NCBI GenBank assembly: GCA_049644625.1
Contig: JBARSG010000365.1
Coordinates: forward strand, 1-29,588
Reading direction: 5' to 3'
Origin: Desulfobacterales bacterium
GTDB lineage: Bacteria; Desulfobacterota; Desulfobacteria; Desulfobacterales; UBA11574
DNA length: 29,588 nucleotides
In this document: positions 18,539 through 26,983 of the stretch, in pieces
How positions within the stretch are numbered: the stretch's first letter is position 1
How the letters are laid out: each line of letters begins with the position of its first letter
The notes under the pieces: model-generated
Told to the model about the DNA's origin: nothing
Database searches by the model: none
Seen by the model: the letters and a program-made list of their open reading frames with translations, nothing else
Made by a program: the position numbers and the translations under genes

Positions 18539-19024
18539 TCAATTCCCCTTACTGCTCTTGCCGGCCAGGGTAAGCGGTTCTTTCACCGGTTCTGATGCAG
18601 ACTTGTCTTCCGGCTTGACCACCGAAACGGGCTTCTTGGGCGGTTCACGCTTCAGTTCTATGACCGCCTTGAGGTAAGCCCCGTCCTCTACCGAAATACT
18701 CTTTGCCGTGATCTCACCGTTAAAATCGGCATCCTTTGTAATCTTTACTTTCCCGGCGGCGTTAATATTGCCCACAAGCCTGCCGCTGATGGTCACGTTG
18801 GCAGCCTGGATCTCGGCTTCCACCTGTCCCTTGGGGCCCACGGTCAAGTGGTGCATCTCCACCTCGATTCTCCCCTTGACCGATCCCTCAATGAGCAGAT
18901 CTTCCTTGCCTCGGATGGCTCCGTCGATGATAATCTGCTCACCGATAATCGTCTTTCCCTCCACCGGGGCCGGAACATGAGAGGGCGCTGTGCCGGTGTT
19001 AACCTTCTTGCTTTTTTTAAGCAT
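18539..19024 (-). CDS. Bactofilin (polymer-forming cytoskeletal protein, CcmA family)
   Basis: TIIGEQIIIDGAI.GKEDLLIEGSVKGRI..LTVGPKGQVEAEI..VTISGRLVGNI..ISVEDGA. AAGGGGG SD before ATG 19024. Confidence 0.92.
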   Translation of the reverse strand: MLKKSKKVNTGTAPSHVPAPVEGKTIIGEQIIIDGAIRGKEDLLIEGSVKGRIEVEMHHLTVGPKGQVEAEIQAANVTISGRLVGNINAAGKVKITKDADFNGEITAKSISVEDGAYLKAVIELKREPPKKPVSVVKPEDKSASEPVKEPLTLAGKSSKGN

Positions 19025-19228
19025 GGGATCCCCCTTTTTAAAATAGTTAAAAATACTTTTTTTTCTTAAATTTGAGTTTTGTTCTTTCATATCTTTGGCA
19101 TTATTAAACCGTGTTTGATTTCGATTTATCCAATTTAGACGTAATTATATCAAGGGTCGGTCACAGCCGGTAAAATAATGAAGGTCAGGCAGTTGCAATA
19201 AAGAAGTTGCCCATGGCTATTTCTTGAT

Positions 19229-19633
19229 CTATCGAGTGAATGAAAAAACGTCGGTATACCCCAGAAGATCTGTTATGAATAGAACAATAAAAATGACACC
19301 CACGGCAATAAGGGCTGTACCCAGGTCGCTTCCGCCCGCAGGAAGCTGTTCTATCTGATTGTAAATACGCATGATTTCAGCATCAGAAAGGGTGTCGAGA
19401 CGCGCCTTAGCCTCCAGTGGATTTATGCCGTATGATGTAAATGCCGTCTGTACGTCTTCACGGATCATCATTCGGTTCAGATAATCACGGGCTTCCTGCC
19501 CTCTTGCCATATTTATCACGGTTTCTGTGCCGATCATTGCAGCAAAAACAGATTGATAAGGGATTGCAAGAAGGAGTATTAAGATTGTCATAAAAACACT
19601 AACAGGTTTAGCTTTTTGCCGTAGTAATTTCAT
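19229..19633 (-). CDS. PA2779-family exported protein
   Basis: Signal peptide, AAMIGTE, YGINPLEAKARLDTLSDAE, QLPAGG, IVLFITDLLGYTDVF. AGGAGG SD. Confidence 0.8.
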   Translation of the reverse strand: MKLLRQKAKPVSVFMTILILLLAIPYQSVFAAMIGTETVINMARGQEARDYLNRMMIREDVQTAFTSYGINPLEAKARLDTLSDAEIMRIYNQIEQLPAGGSDLGTALIAVGVIFIVLFITDLLGYTDVFSFTR

Positions 19634-19804
19634 GGACTGCCTCCTTTAAAATCTATTAATAAAATAAAAGAAATCGTCAAAACACTACTTGCAGAATATT
19701 TGGTTTAAGCCGATTGATACGTTATATTGAACTGTTGTTATGGGGTTATTGCTCGCTAAAATTACATACAAAAGACCACAGTCCAATTTAGGTGTCAACA
19801 CCCT

Positions 19805-20251
19805 TTACCATATTTTATGCTTTGTTTTTTTAATCCTCTCCCTCTGTTGCATCACGCGATCCATCCATTTGGCGTCTCCCTCAAGATAGATTGCCGCCAG
19901 CCGGTTAAATTCAGCGGCCTGTGCAATATTTCCTTTCATAAGCCAGGCCTCAGACAGGTAATAGTAGTTCGGTCCGTTTGCCGGATCAAGGTTAAGGGCT
20001 TTTTCATACATCCTTATTGCATCGTCCGGATTGCCGCTTTCCAAAAACAGTCGCCCCTGATCGGTTAATCGCAAAGAGGCAACGGCACGCGGGCTCGGCT
20101 TTACAGGAGCACTCCCGGTCTCCCCGGTCTGCTTATCCCGGTTCCAGCTCGGTCGCGCCGAAGTGGTTGAAGTAACCTGAGCACAGCTTAAGACACCGAA
20201 TCCAAGCCCTCCAATACAAAGTATCAGCAACAATTTAAAACGGGTTGACAA
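19805..20251 (-). CDS. TPR lipoprotein (LpoP-like candidate PBP1B partner)
   Basis: Lipobox VLSC, a flexible T/S/P-rich linker and two TPRs (AIRMYEKALNLDPANGPNYYYLSEAW). Overlaps the 3' end of mrcB. Confidence 0.75.
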   Translation of the reverse strand: MSTRFKLLLILCIGGLGFGVLSCAQVTSTTSARPSWNRDKQTGETGSAPVKPSPRAVASLRLTDQGRLFLESGNPDDAIRMYEKALNLDPANGPNYYYLSEAWLMKGNIAQAAEFNRLAAIYLEGDAKWMDRVMQQRERIKKTKHKIW

Positions 20252-22517
20252 AATCTTTAACCCCTTTCATAAAATGTCGGAGTCGAACCCACCGATGAAT
20301 CGGACAATAGTCCTTGGGGACATTATCAGCCAAAAAATATTCTTCTACCGGATGTGGGCATCTGTTTTTTACGGCCAGCTGTCCACTTTCGGAACAGACC
20401 GGCCGTTTAACCACTCCGGAAGGCACTTTAAACCAATTTCCTGACACAAATTGTGGCAACATACTCATAAGTTCCGCCCAAATCGGCAAGGCAGCGCCGG
20501 CGCCGGAGGCATGAACGGAAGAGCCGTCATCAAATCCAACCCATACCAACGCGAGGATATTCGGCGTATACCCCACAAACCAGGCGTCTTTAAAGTTGTT
20601 GGTTGTACCGGTCTTCCCGCCAACCGGAAATAATATCCCCATATCCTTTAAGGCGCGAGCGGTTCCCTCTTCCACGACGCTCCGCAACATAGAACTCATT
20701 ATAAAGGCTTTGGCAGGAGAGATTACCCGTTTGATACTCGTGTGCCTTTGCTCAAGAATTTTTCCATTCTCGTCCAGGACCTCTTTCAAAGACAACGGGA
20801 ATGGTAATACACCATCTGCAGCAAAAGCACAATAAGCACGTGCCAAATTCAAGGGGGTTACCTCATATGCTCCAAGCGAAAGGGACGGGTAAGGATTAGC
20901 AGGTATGGAAAAGCCGAATAAGTTCGCCGTGGCGGCTATGTGATCAAGACCAACGCGCATGGCCAGATCAACGGTGGCCAGATTGATCGATTTTGCCAGC
21001 GCGCTTCTTACACTGATTTTTTCTTCCGGAACAGGCGCATAATTTTGCGGTTCCCATACGGTTCCATCTACCTCATAGGTTTCGGGCTTGTTCGACAGTA
21101 TTGAGGCAGGAGTGAATTTATCCAATCCGCTAACATACACAAAAGGCTTGAATGCACTTCCTGGCTGCCGCCGGGCCTGTGTAATTCGATTAAACTGGCT
21201 TACATTGTAATTGCGGCCTCCCACCATCGCCAGTATATAGCCTGTCTTTGGCTGCATAACTATGACAGCACCCTGGAGTTTTTTTGTGGGATCTTGGCGA
21301 GTTAATGTAGGATTGGATTTTTCTAACCGTACTAATCCCTTTTGCAGTGCTTTTTCCGCTACCATCTGAACCTGTGTGTCCAGTGTCGTGTAAATGGAAA
21401 GTCCAAGACTCGACAGGTCCTGTGGAGAATAGAGCGTTGTGAGCTGATAGGCCAGATAGTCTATAAAATAAGGAGCCTTTTTACCGTATGACTCATAACC
21501 AACCGCGTTTACGGGGGAAAGCAAAGCGTCTCCGAGCTCTTCATCGGAAATCCATCCCTTATCTTTCATGGCATAAAGCACCAGGTTTCTCCGTTTCTTA
21601 CAACGCGTTTTATCAATATAAGGAGAATAATAATTGGGACCTCTGATAAGACAGGCTATTGTCGCGCCCTCAATCAGTGAAAGTTCTTCCACGGGTTTAT
21701 CGAAGTAAAAAAAGGACGCTTCACCAATACCGTTGATGGCGTCTGACGCCTTCTGCCCCAGATAGATTTCATTCAGATAAATTTCCAGTATTTCATTCTT
21801 TTCATACATGATCTCCATAGTAAGAGACATAAAAAGTTCTTTCAGTTTACGGAAAAACGTTCTCTCAGGGGTAAGAAAATAGTTTTTGGCCAGTTGCTGA
21901 GTGATGGTTGATCCGCCCTGACGTATGGAAGCGTAACGCAGATTGGTGTAAAGCGCCCTCAAAATTCCCAAGGGATCAAGTCCCCGGTGCTGGTAAAACC
22001 GACTGTCCTCGGCAGCCAAAACCGCATATATGACATGCTGTGGAACCTGATCCATGGAAACCAGTCGCCGCCGTTCTCGATCATGACCGAAAAAGAGCAT
22101 CACCTCTTCGGGCTCAAGCTCCAAAATCGGTATGGGTTCACCGTTATTTATATTTATTATCGATTCTATCAGGTTCTCCACAAACCTTATTTGCACACAT
22201 ATCCCCTGCCTGCGTATAGACGGCATCTCAAAATCATGGAGAAAAAGCTCCGCCGAAGCTCCAAGGGTGCGAAACTCTCCCTTGCTGTGTGGTTCACGGA
22301 AAACTTCCCGGTATCCGAGGCGATGAAGTTTTTCATAAAAAAGCATTCGATTTATCTTTTGCCCCGGATATAGTATGGTAACATCGGAAAAAATCCTCGA
22401 TGGGATACTCCATCGACGGCCGGAAAATCGTTTATCGATTTGAGATGAAAGATACAGGCAGTAAAGCAGCATACTTCCACCCACAAGCAGAGCTGCAGGC
22501 AAAAACCATTTAAGCAA
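20235..22517 (-). CDS. mrcB: Penicillin-binding protein 1B (class A PBP)
   Basis: N-terminal TM helix, UB2H-like region, glycosyltransferase motifs EDSRFYQHRG, GGSTITQQLAKN and RKLKE, and transpeptidase motifs SAFK, SIN, KTG. Start codon uncertain. Confidence 0.9.
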   Translation of the reverse strand: MLKWFLPAALLVGGSMLLYCLYLSSQIDKRFSGRRWSIPSRIFSDVTILYPGQKINRMLFYEKLHRLGYREVFREPHSKGEFRTLGASAELFLHDFEMPSIRRQGICVQIRFVENLIESIININNGEPIPILELEPEEVMLFFGHDRERRRLVSMDQVPQHVIYAVLAAEDSRFYQHRGLDPLGILRALYTNLRYASIRQGGSTITQQLAKNYFLTPERTFFRKLKELFMSLTMEIMYEKNEILEIYLNEIYLGQKASDAINGIGEASFFYFDKPVEELSLIEGATIACLIRGPNYYSPYIDKTRCKKRRNLVLYAMKDKGWISDEELGDALLSPVNAVGYESYGKKAPYFIDYLAYQLTTLYSPQDLSSLGLSIYTTLDTQVQMVAEKALQKGLVRLEKSNPTLTRQDPTKKLQGAVIVMQPKTGYILAMVGGRNYNVSQFNRITQARRQPGSAFKPFVYVSGLDKFTPASILSNKPETYEVDGTVWEPQNYAPVPEEKISVRSALAKSINLATVDLAMRVGLDHIAATANLFGFSIPANPYPSLSLGAYEVTPLNLARAYCAFAADGVLPFPLSLKEVLDENGKILEQRHTSIKRVISPAKAFIMSSMLRSVVEEGTARALKDMGILFPVGGKTGTTNNFKDAWFVGYTPNILALVWVGFDDGSSVHASGAGAALPIWAELMSMLPQFVSGNWFKVPSGVVKRPVCSESGQLAVKNRCPHPVEEYFLADNVPKDYCPIHRWVRLRHFMKGVKDFVNPF

Positions 22518-22671
22518 CCACTTTAATTTAATACGTTTTGATGGTTTCGTAAAACGTTATCCCCCTCTTTTTTTTCGAACCTGTTTTGTATTTGGTTTTT
22601 GTGTTTGGTGATAAGGAATGATTTTCTTTTCAGATTCTTGATTTTGAGTTACATCCTTTTACCTGCGCTGC

Positions 22672-22947
22672 TTATTTGTCCACCCTCTCTTTTAGTTCCT
22701 TGCCGAACTTGAAAAACGGAAGTTTTTTTGGCTTAATCTCAACTTTTTCGCCGGTTTTCGGATTCCTGCCCGTGTATGCCTTATACTGTTTAACATAAAA
22801 TGAGCAAAACCCCCGAATTTCTACTCTGTCACCATTAGCCATGGCGTTTGACATTTCATCAAAAACCATAGTTACAACCACTTCAGCCTCGTTTTTCGTT
22901 ATCCCTGCCTCCTCTCTAAGAGCCTCAACAAGTTCTAATTTATTCAT
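22672..22947 (-). CDS. ihfB: Integration host factor beta subunit (IHF/HU family)
   Basis: MNKLELV, GDRVEIRGFCSF, GRNPKTGE, PFFKFGKELKERV. GGAGG SD before a GTA-AATG context. Confidence 0.85.
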   Translation of the reverse strand: MNKLELVEALREEAGITKNEAEVVVTMVFDEMSNAMANGDRVEIRGFCSFYVKQYKAYTGRNPKTGEKVEIKPKKLPFFKFGKELKERVDK

Positions 22948-22978
22948 TTACAACCTCCGAATTTAATTATAAAAATTT

Positions 22979-23641
22979 TTATAGCAAAGATGAACGTCGT
23001 CGCTGGCGTTTGGTACTAAAACCGATTATAAAACCGATTATAAGTACGCCTGCTCCGCTCAAAAACCATTTAATATTCTGATTCCAGAGAAGTTTTGTTA
23101 ATTCATCTTCAAATTTTTCTGCTTTTTTTGTCTGTTCGGCAAGTTTTGAAGACGCTGCTTTAAATTTTGACTGAAGCTCCAAAAATTCTTTGGACTCTGT
23201 TTTGAGGACCTCATAATCGTTGGTAGTCTTTTGAAGTTTTTTTCTGCTCACGGCAAATTCCGTGGTTAGCTTTTCATTTTCCGCCTTCAGCAAGCTGTTT
23301 TCCTCCTGAATTCTCGCGGCTTTAGCCATTAAGGCTTCGTGTTTGCTTTTCAATATTTTCAGTTCAATGTCGCTCGGTATTTTATCTGTAAGAAAACGGT
23401 TTATAACCCACCCTTCCTTTCCGTTGGCCAGCCTGACCAGGGTCCACTCATCACCCGGCTGGACTACCTCAACCTTAGTACCGATACTGAGCAAAGAAAT
23501 TATTTTTCGGTCATTCCCCGGTCCGGTCCTCATGGTTACTTTCATTGTATCGTTGATATACTTGCTCTCAGCCAAAACCGGTGTAGAAAATAAAACCAGA
23601 CACATCCCGATAATCCACAAATTTTTCATGATCGGCCTCAT
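22979..23641 (-). CDS. TIGR04211-type SH3 domain membrane protein (YgiM-like)
   Basis: Signal peptide, YINDTMKVTMRTGPG...WTLVRL..GKEGWV, coiled coil and C-terminal WFLSGAGVL TM helix. The start may be 23629. Confidence 0.85.
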   Translation of the reverse strand: MRPIMKNLWIIGMCLVLFSTPVLAESKYINDTMKVTMRTGPGNDRKIISLLSIGTKVEVVQPGDEWTLVRLANGKEGWVINRFLTDKIPSDIELKILKSKHEALMAKAARIQEENSLLKAENEKLTTEFAVSRKKLQKTTNDYEVLKTESKEFLELQSKFKAASSKLAEQTKKAEKFEDELTKLLWNQNIKWFLSGAGVLIIGFIIGFSTKRQRRRSSLL

Positions 23642-23657
23642 AAGTACAGCACCTTAT

Positions 23658-23785
23658 TTGTAAATTTTGTGTTTTTTATGGCAAAACTTTTTTCTTTTCG
23701 CCAGGCACCAAGACACTTAGAACGAATAACAAAATCCTTCGTGTCTTTGTGGTAAATATTTTTGGTTCCGGTTTATCCGGGTTAG
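23658..23785. repeat. Composite intergenic repeat, copy 2
   Basis: Same 29-bp start (28/29) and 20-bp end (20/20) as 17594-17880, with a different interior (CACCAAGACAC / GTGTCTTTGTG inverted repeat). Confidence 0.75.
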
Positions 23786-23992
23786 TTTTTGAGTTAATAA
23801 AAGTCATTTTAAAATTTGGACTCAAACCTTACGGACAACATAGAAAAATGCCACATGACACGGGCCAAAGCTGATAATGAACCATAATCATAATTGAAAG
23901 TCAACCGCCATTTTTTAAATAATCAAAACAAATTACACCGTTTTCGGCCAGTTATGAACACACGTGACCTGAAATGCAGGGCTACTGACCTA

Positions 23993-24275
23993 TCGTAAAT
24001 TCAGATTCAACATATTTTAATGAAGAATCCACACCTTGAGGGCATATAAAAGATGAACGTCGAACATCGAACATCGAACGTTGAACATCGAATAATGTAT
24101 TCTACCATTTATAATAAAGACAAAGCGACCCGCCCGCCTCGCCTGAGCAAGCCAACAAAAGGACGAAGAGCATTGAGTACGGCTCGCGATGGCGGGCAGG
24201 AGCGCCTTCCACATTCGACGTTCGACGTTGAACGTTCGATGTTCGATGTTCAAATTGTTGCATCTGAAATTACGA
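23993..24275. mobile_element. MITE-like element with nested inverted heptamer arrays and GC-rich hairpin
   Basis: 20-bp terminal inverted repeats TCGTAAATTCAGATTCAACA / TGTTGCATCTGAAATTACGA (18/20) flanked by CTA...CTA. YGAACRT x5 at 24054-24093 and its inverse at 24213-24252. Confidence 0.75.
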
Positions 24276-24383
24276 CTAAACCTTCATATCACGTTGAAAT
24301 TACGTATACAGTTCAGGAGTTCTGAAATGTGGCCCAAATAATACTAAAGGTCGCGGCGGTAACCGCAACCCCTTGAATTTTAA

Positions 24384-24435
24384 CGGCAGGCATGATCGGA
24401 TTTGGACCAACAACCTTAACCGTGTTAATATGCCT
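24384..24435 (-). pseudogene. Degenerate tRNA remnant (Val-like) lacking the D-arm
   Basis: Minus strand AGGCATA-TTAACACGGTTAA-GGTT-GTTGG-TCCAAAT-CCGAT-CATGCCT-G-CCG, followed by a terminator-like hairpin at 24374-24346. Confidence 0.5.
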
Positions 24436-24756
24436 GAAATTATTGCCAATATTTACCATTGCATAGTAACATACAAGAATATATACTAAAAATCAAGTTT
24501 TGATTCTATCTTGTTTTTTTTGTTTTGTTACCCTGTTTTTTAATGTTGTGGTCACAATTTTTTCAGGAATAGACTCCTGGCTGAATACTGAGATCAACAC
24601 TGCCGAACTTTCAACCGGCGTTTCGTAGGTTAGCGATTTTTTAAGATGCTGAATCTAATCTTAAATTTTTAGCCATCCTGCCCATTATATTATATCTTTT
24701 TTGATAAAAATTGGAAATTGAACACTATTATTTGAATTTCCAGTAGGGGACCGGTC

Positions 24757-25617
24757 CTAATCCCCGTCATATTCCTGGTAAATAATATGCCCGCAGGCCT
24801 TGCAATGTGAGGCATTCTCGTCATGGTAGCGAAGGCCACACCCCGGACAAACGACCTCTTTTTTTGTGGCAATGTGTATCCATTCCTTGGCGATACGGCT
24901 CACCTGCCAGGGTATGAGGATGATGCCTGAAAGTATCATAAGTACGGTAACCCATTTCCCTGCCTCGGACAGGGGAGTGATGTCTCCGAACCCCACTGTT
25001 GTGAGCGTTACCACGGTGAAATAGAATGCATCTCCGAAAGTCCGCACACCTGGGTTTGAAATGCTTTCAACATAGAAAAAAAGGCCGGAAGAAATAAAAA
25101 AAATCATGAGTATGGTTAAAAAGAGTCTAATCAAATTCAATAACCGGACGGTAATGCTGCCAAAGAAGAAGTGACGATCTGCGGTAAATCGCAGAAACCT
25201 GAATATCCTGAACACTCGGATCACCCGGATCACTTTTATGAATCCGAAGTTGGGCGTTAAACCAAACACAGGGAGCACAAGCAGAGAGAGTGTCGGCAAA
25301 ATGGCTATAAAATCAACGATGCTATAAACATCAACCAACTGTTTAAGTCTGTTTTTTGCACCGTAAAGTCTTGCAACATACTCGGCGATGAAAAACAGGA
25401 CGATTATTACCTCTGTATTCCATAGCAGGCGTCTGGCAGCCTCAGACACGGGATAGGTCTCGATCACAAAAATGGAGCAGATAGCAAGATTCAGGAGTAT
25501 GATGAAAATATCAATTAATTTGCCCAATGGCGTCTTGCAGTCAATTAAATAAAACTGGAGGGTTTCGCGGAAGGCAGATGACGCTGACTTTTTTTCCTTT
25601 GGGTGATTATTTGGCAT
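24757..25617 (-). CDS. Voltage-gated potassium channel (6TM ion transporter) with C-terminal Zn ribbon
   Basis: S4 helix KVIRVIRVFRIFRFLR, selectivity filter TLTTVGFGD, C-terminal CPGC...HCKACG. Confidence 0.92.
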   Translation of the reverse strand: MPNNHPKEKKSASSAFRETLQFYLIDCKTPLGKLIDIFIILLNLAICSIFVIETYPVSEAARRLLWNTEVIIVLFFIAEYVARLYGAKNRLKQLVDVYSIVDFIAILPTLSLLVLPVFGLTPNFGFIKVIRVIRVFRIFRFLRFTADRHFFFGSITVRLLNLIRLFLTILMIFFISSGLFFYVESISNPGVRTFGDAFYFTVVTLTTVGFGDITPLSEAGKWVTVLMILSGIILIPWQVSRIAKEWIHIATKKEVVCPGCGLRYHDENASHCKACGHIIYQEYDGD

Positions 25618-25804
25618 GGGTTTTCTAAATGCCGTGTTTCTCTCCTCGTTTTTTTCCTTTGGATCTCATGAAAGAAAAAAACAATTAAAATAAGAACAAA
25701 CAGAACCATTAGTTGGTCGGAATGAACTCTTTTGTTCTCAGTGGAATAAAAAATCTATGTAAGATTTAGGGAACACATCTTGTCCCCGTTGCATTTCTTT
25801 CTTC

Positions 25805-26089
25805 TTAGTCGGAGTTAATTCTATCCCTTAATTTCCCAGAACAGTTAAATGTAACAACCTTTCTCGGTTCCAGCATCATGACATCACCGGTAGCTGGATT
25901 CCTGCCTTTTCGTGCCTTTTTTTCCTTTACACAAAATTTGCCGAATCTGCTGATCATAACATCCTCACCGGATTGCAGCGTGCTTTTGATAATCTCTAAA
26001 AAGGTTTCTACAACTTCATAAGATTTATTCCTGGGGAAACCGATTTTGTTCTGGATTGATTCTACGATTTGAGCTTTAGTGAGTGTCAT
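25805..26089 (-). CDS. ihfA: Integration host factor alpha subunit
   Basis: MTLTKAQIVE, GEDVMISRFGKF, RKGRNPATG, RKVVTF. AAAGGAG SD before ATG 26089. Confidence 0.88.
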   Translation of the reverse strand: MTLTKAQIVESIQNKIGFPRNKSYEVVETFLEIIKSTLQSGEDVMISRFGKFCVKEKKARKGRNPATGDVMMLEPRKVVTFNCSGKLRDRINSD

Positions 26090-26492
26090 GGCAGGGTCTC
26101 CTTTGTGTCTACAATATCCAGGATAAAACCACAGTTCCAAAAACTACGGAAATAATTCCAAATAACCTATAAATTTGATCTAACGCTGAACGAATGTACC
26201 CATCAACAAGTCCGTCATACAGGTTTTTACGGATGAAAAAGATAATGCCGCCTTCGATGACCGCTAAAAATCCTATTAATCTTATAAACCATTCCCACCC
26301 CCTTTCTTATTTGAGCTAAAAATCTATAGTACAACGTCCATAAACAGTAAAGATTTATTTAGGATTTCGTGCGTTATATTTCGGATTTTTGACCGAAATA
26401 ATTAATATATAGTCTCTATATCATATTAATATCTTTAGTATTTTTCTGAATTTCTTGACTTATCCAAAGATTGCATGATAATGAAAACAAAA

Positions 26493-26569
26493 AGTTAACA
26501 TCGGTGTGGTACTGACTGGCACAACTCGCTGATGCTCATTATGCCAGCAGCACACACCGGGCGTTCGGC
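26493..26569 (+). mobile_element. Integron attC recombination site (solitary)
   Basis: AGTTAAC-5nt-TGTGGTAC-TGACTGGCACAA...TTATGCCAGCA-GCACACA-6nt-GTTCGGC: canonical box spacing with two unpaired bases. Confidence 0.7.
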
Positions 26570-26983
26570 AAATGAAAAAAAGTACCTTTTGATTTGCGTC
26601 TGTTATATCTATAGAAGGCAGTAGTCTTTAACAGAAATTCTTTATATAGCGTTCCAGTTCGACCTGTATTTAACAGGAGTTTCAATATGTTATTATATTT
26701 CTGATGTCACTTTGAGTTAGCGCTTATGCCTTGCGACCCTTTACTTCTTGACATCCAAAGTCATTTCTTCATATATTTTTCACTTAAAAAAGGATTTTTA
26801 TCAATCATTACAATTGTTCCCCGCCGGTTTCTTCACGGGGGGCAACACAGCCAGCACGAAAGCAATCCAGGCTTGAGCATGCTCCTTTTCCCGGACCGGG
26901 GAGGAAATCTTCTGTTTTCGTCGATTAAAACGTTCTGAACAGCAACCCATTAAAGCTGGTTTTGATCAAAAGCCCGACTTCTC

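Noticed and set aside
24054..24252. Possible CRISPR array
   Set aside because: The 7-bp tandem units have no unique spacers, and there are no cas genes.
24017..24325. ORFs MNIEHRTFNVE... and MNVEHRTSNVE...
   Set aside because: These are translation artefacts of the heptamer arrays.
24602..24636. GCCGAAC...GTTAGCG attC-like ends
   Set aside because: Too short, with no L boxes or internal stem.
16157..25617. Functional link between the c-di-AMP cyclase and the K+ channel
   Set aside because: They are 7 kb apart on opposite strands, and the channel has no RCK domain.
26726..26938. 70-aa plus-strand ORF, and the 79-aa ORF at 28629-28868
   Set aside because: No recognisable motifs or SD; likely chance ORFs in AT-rich DNA.
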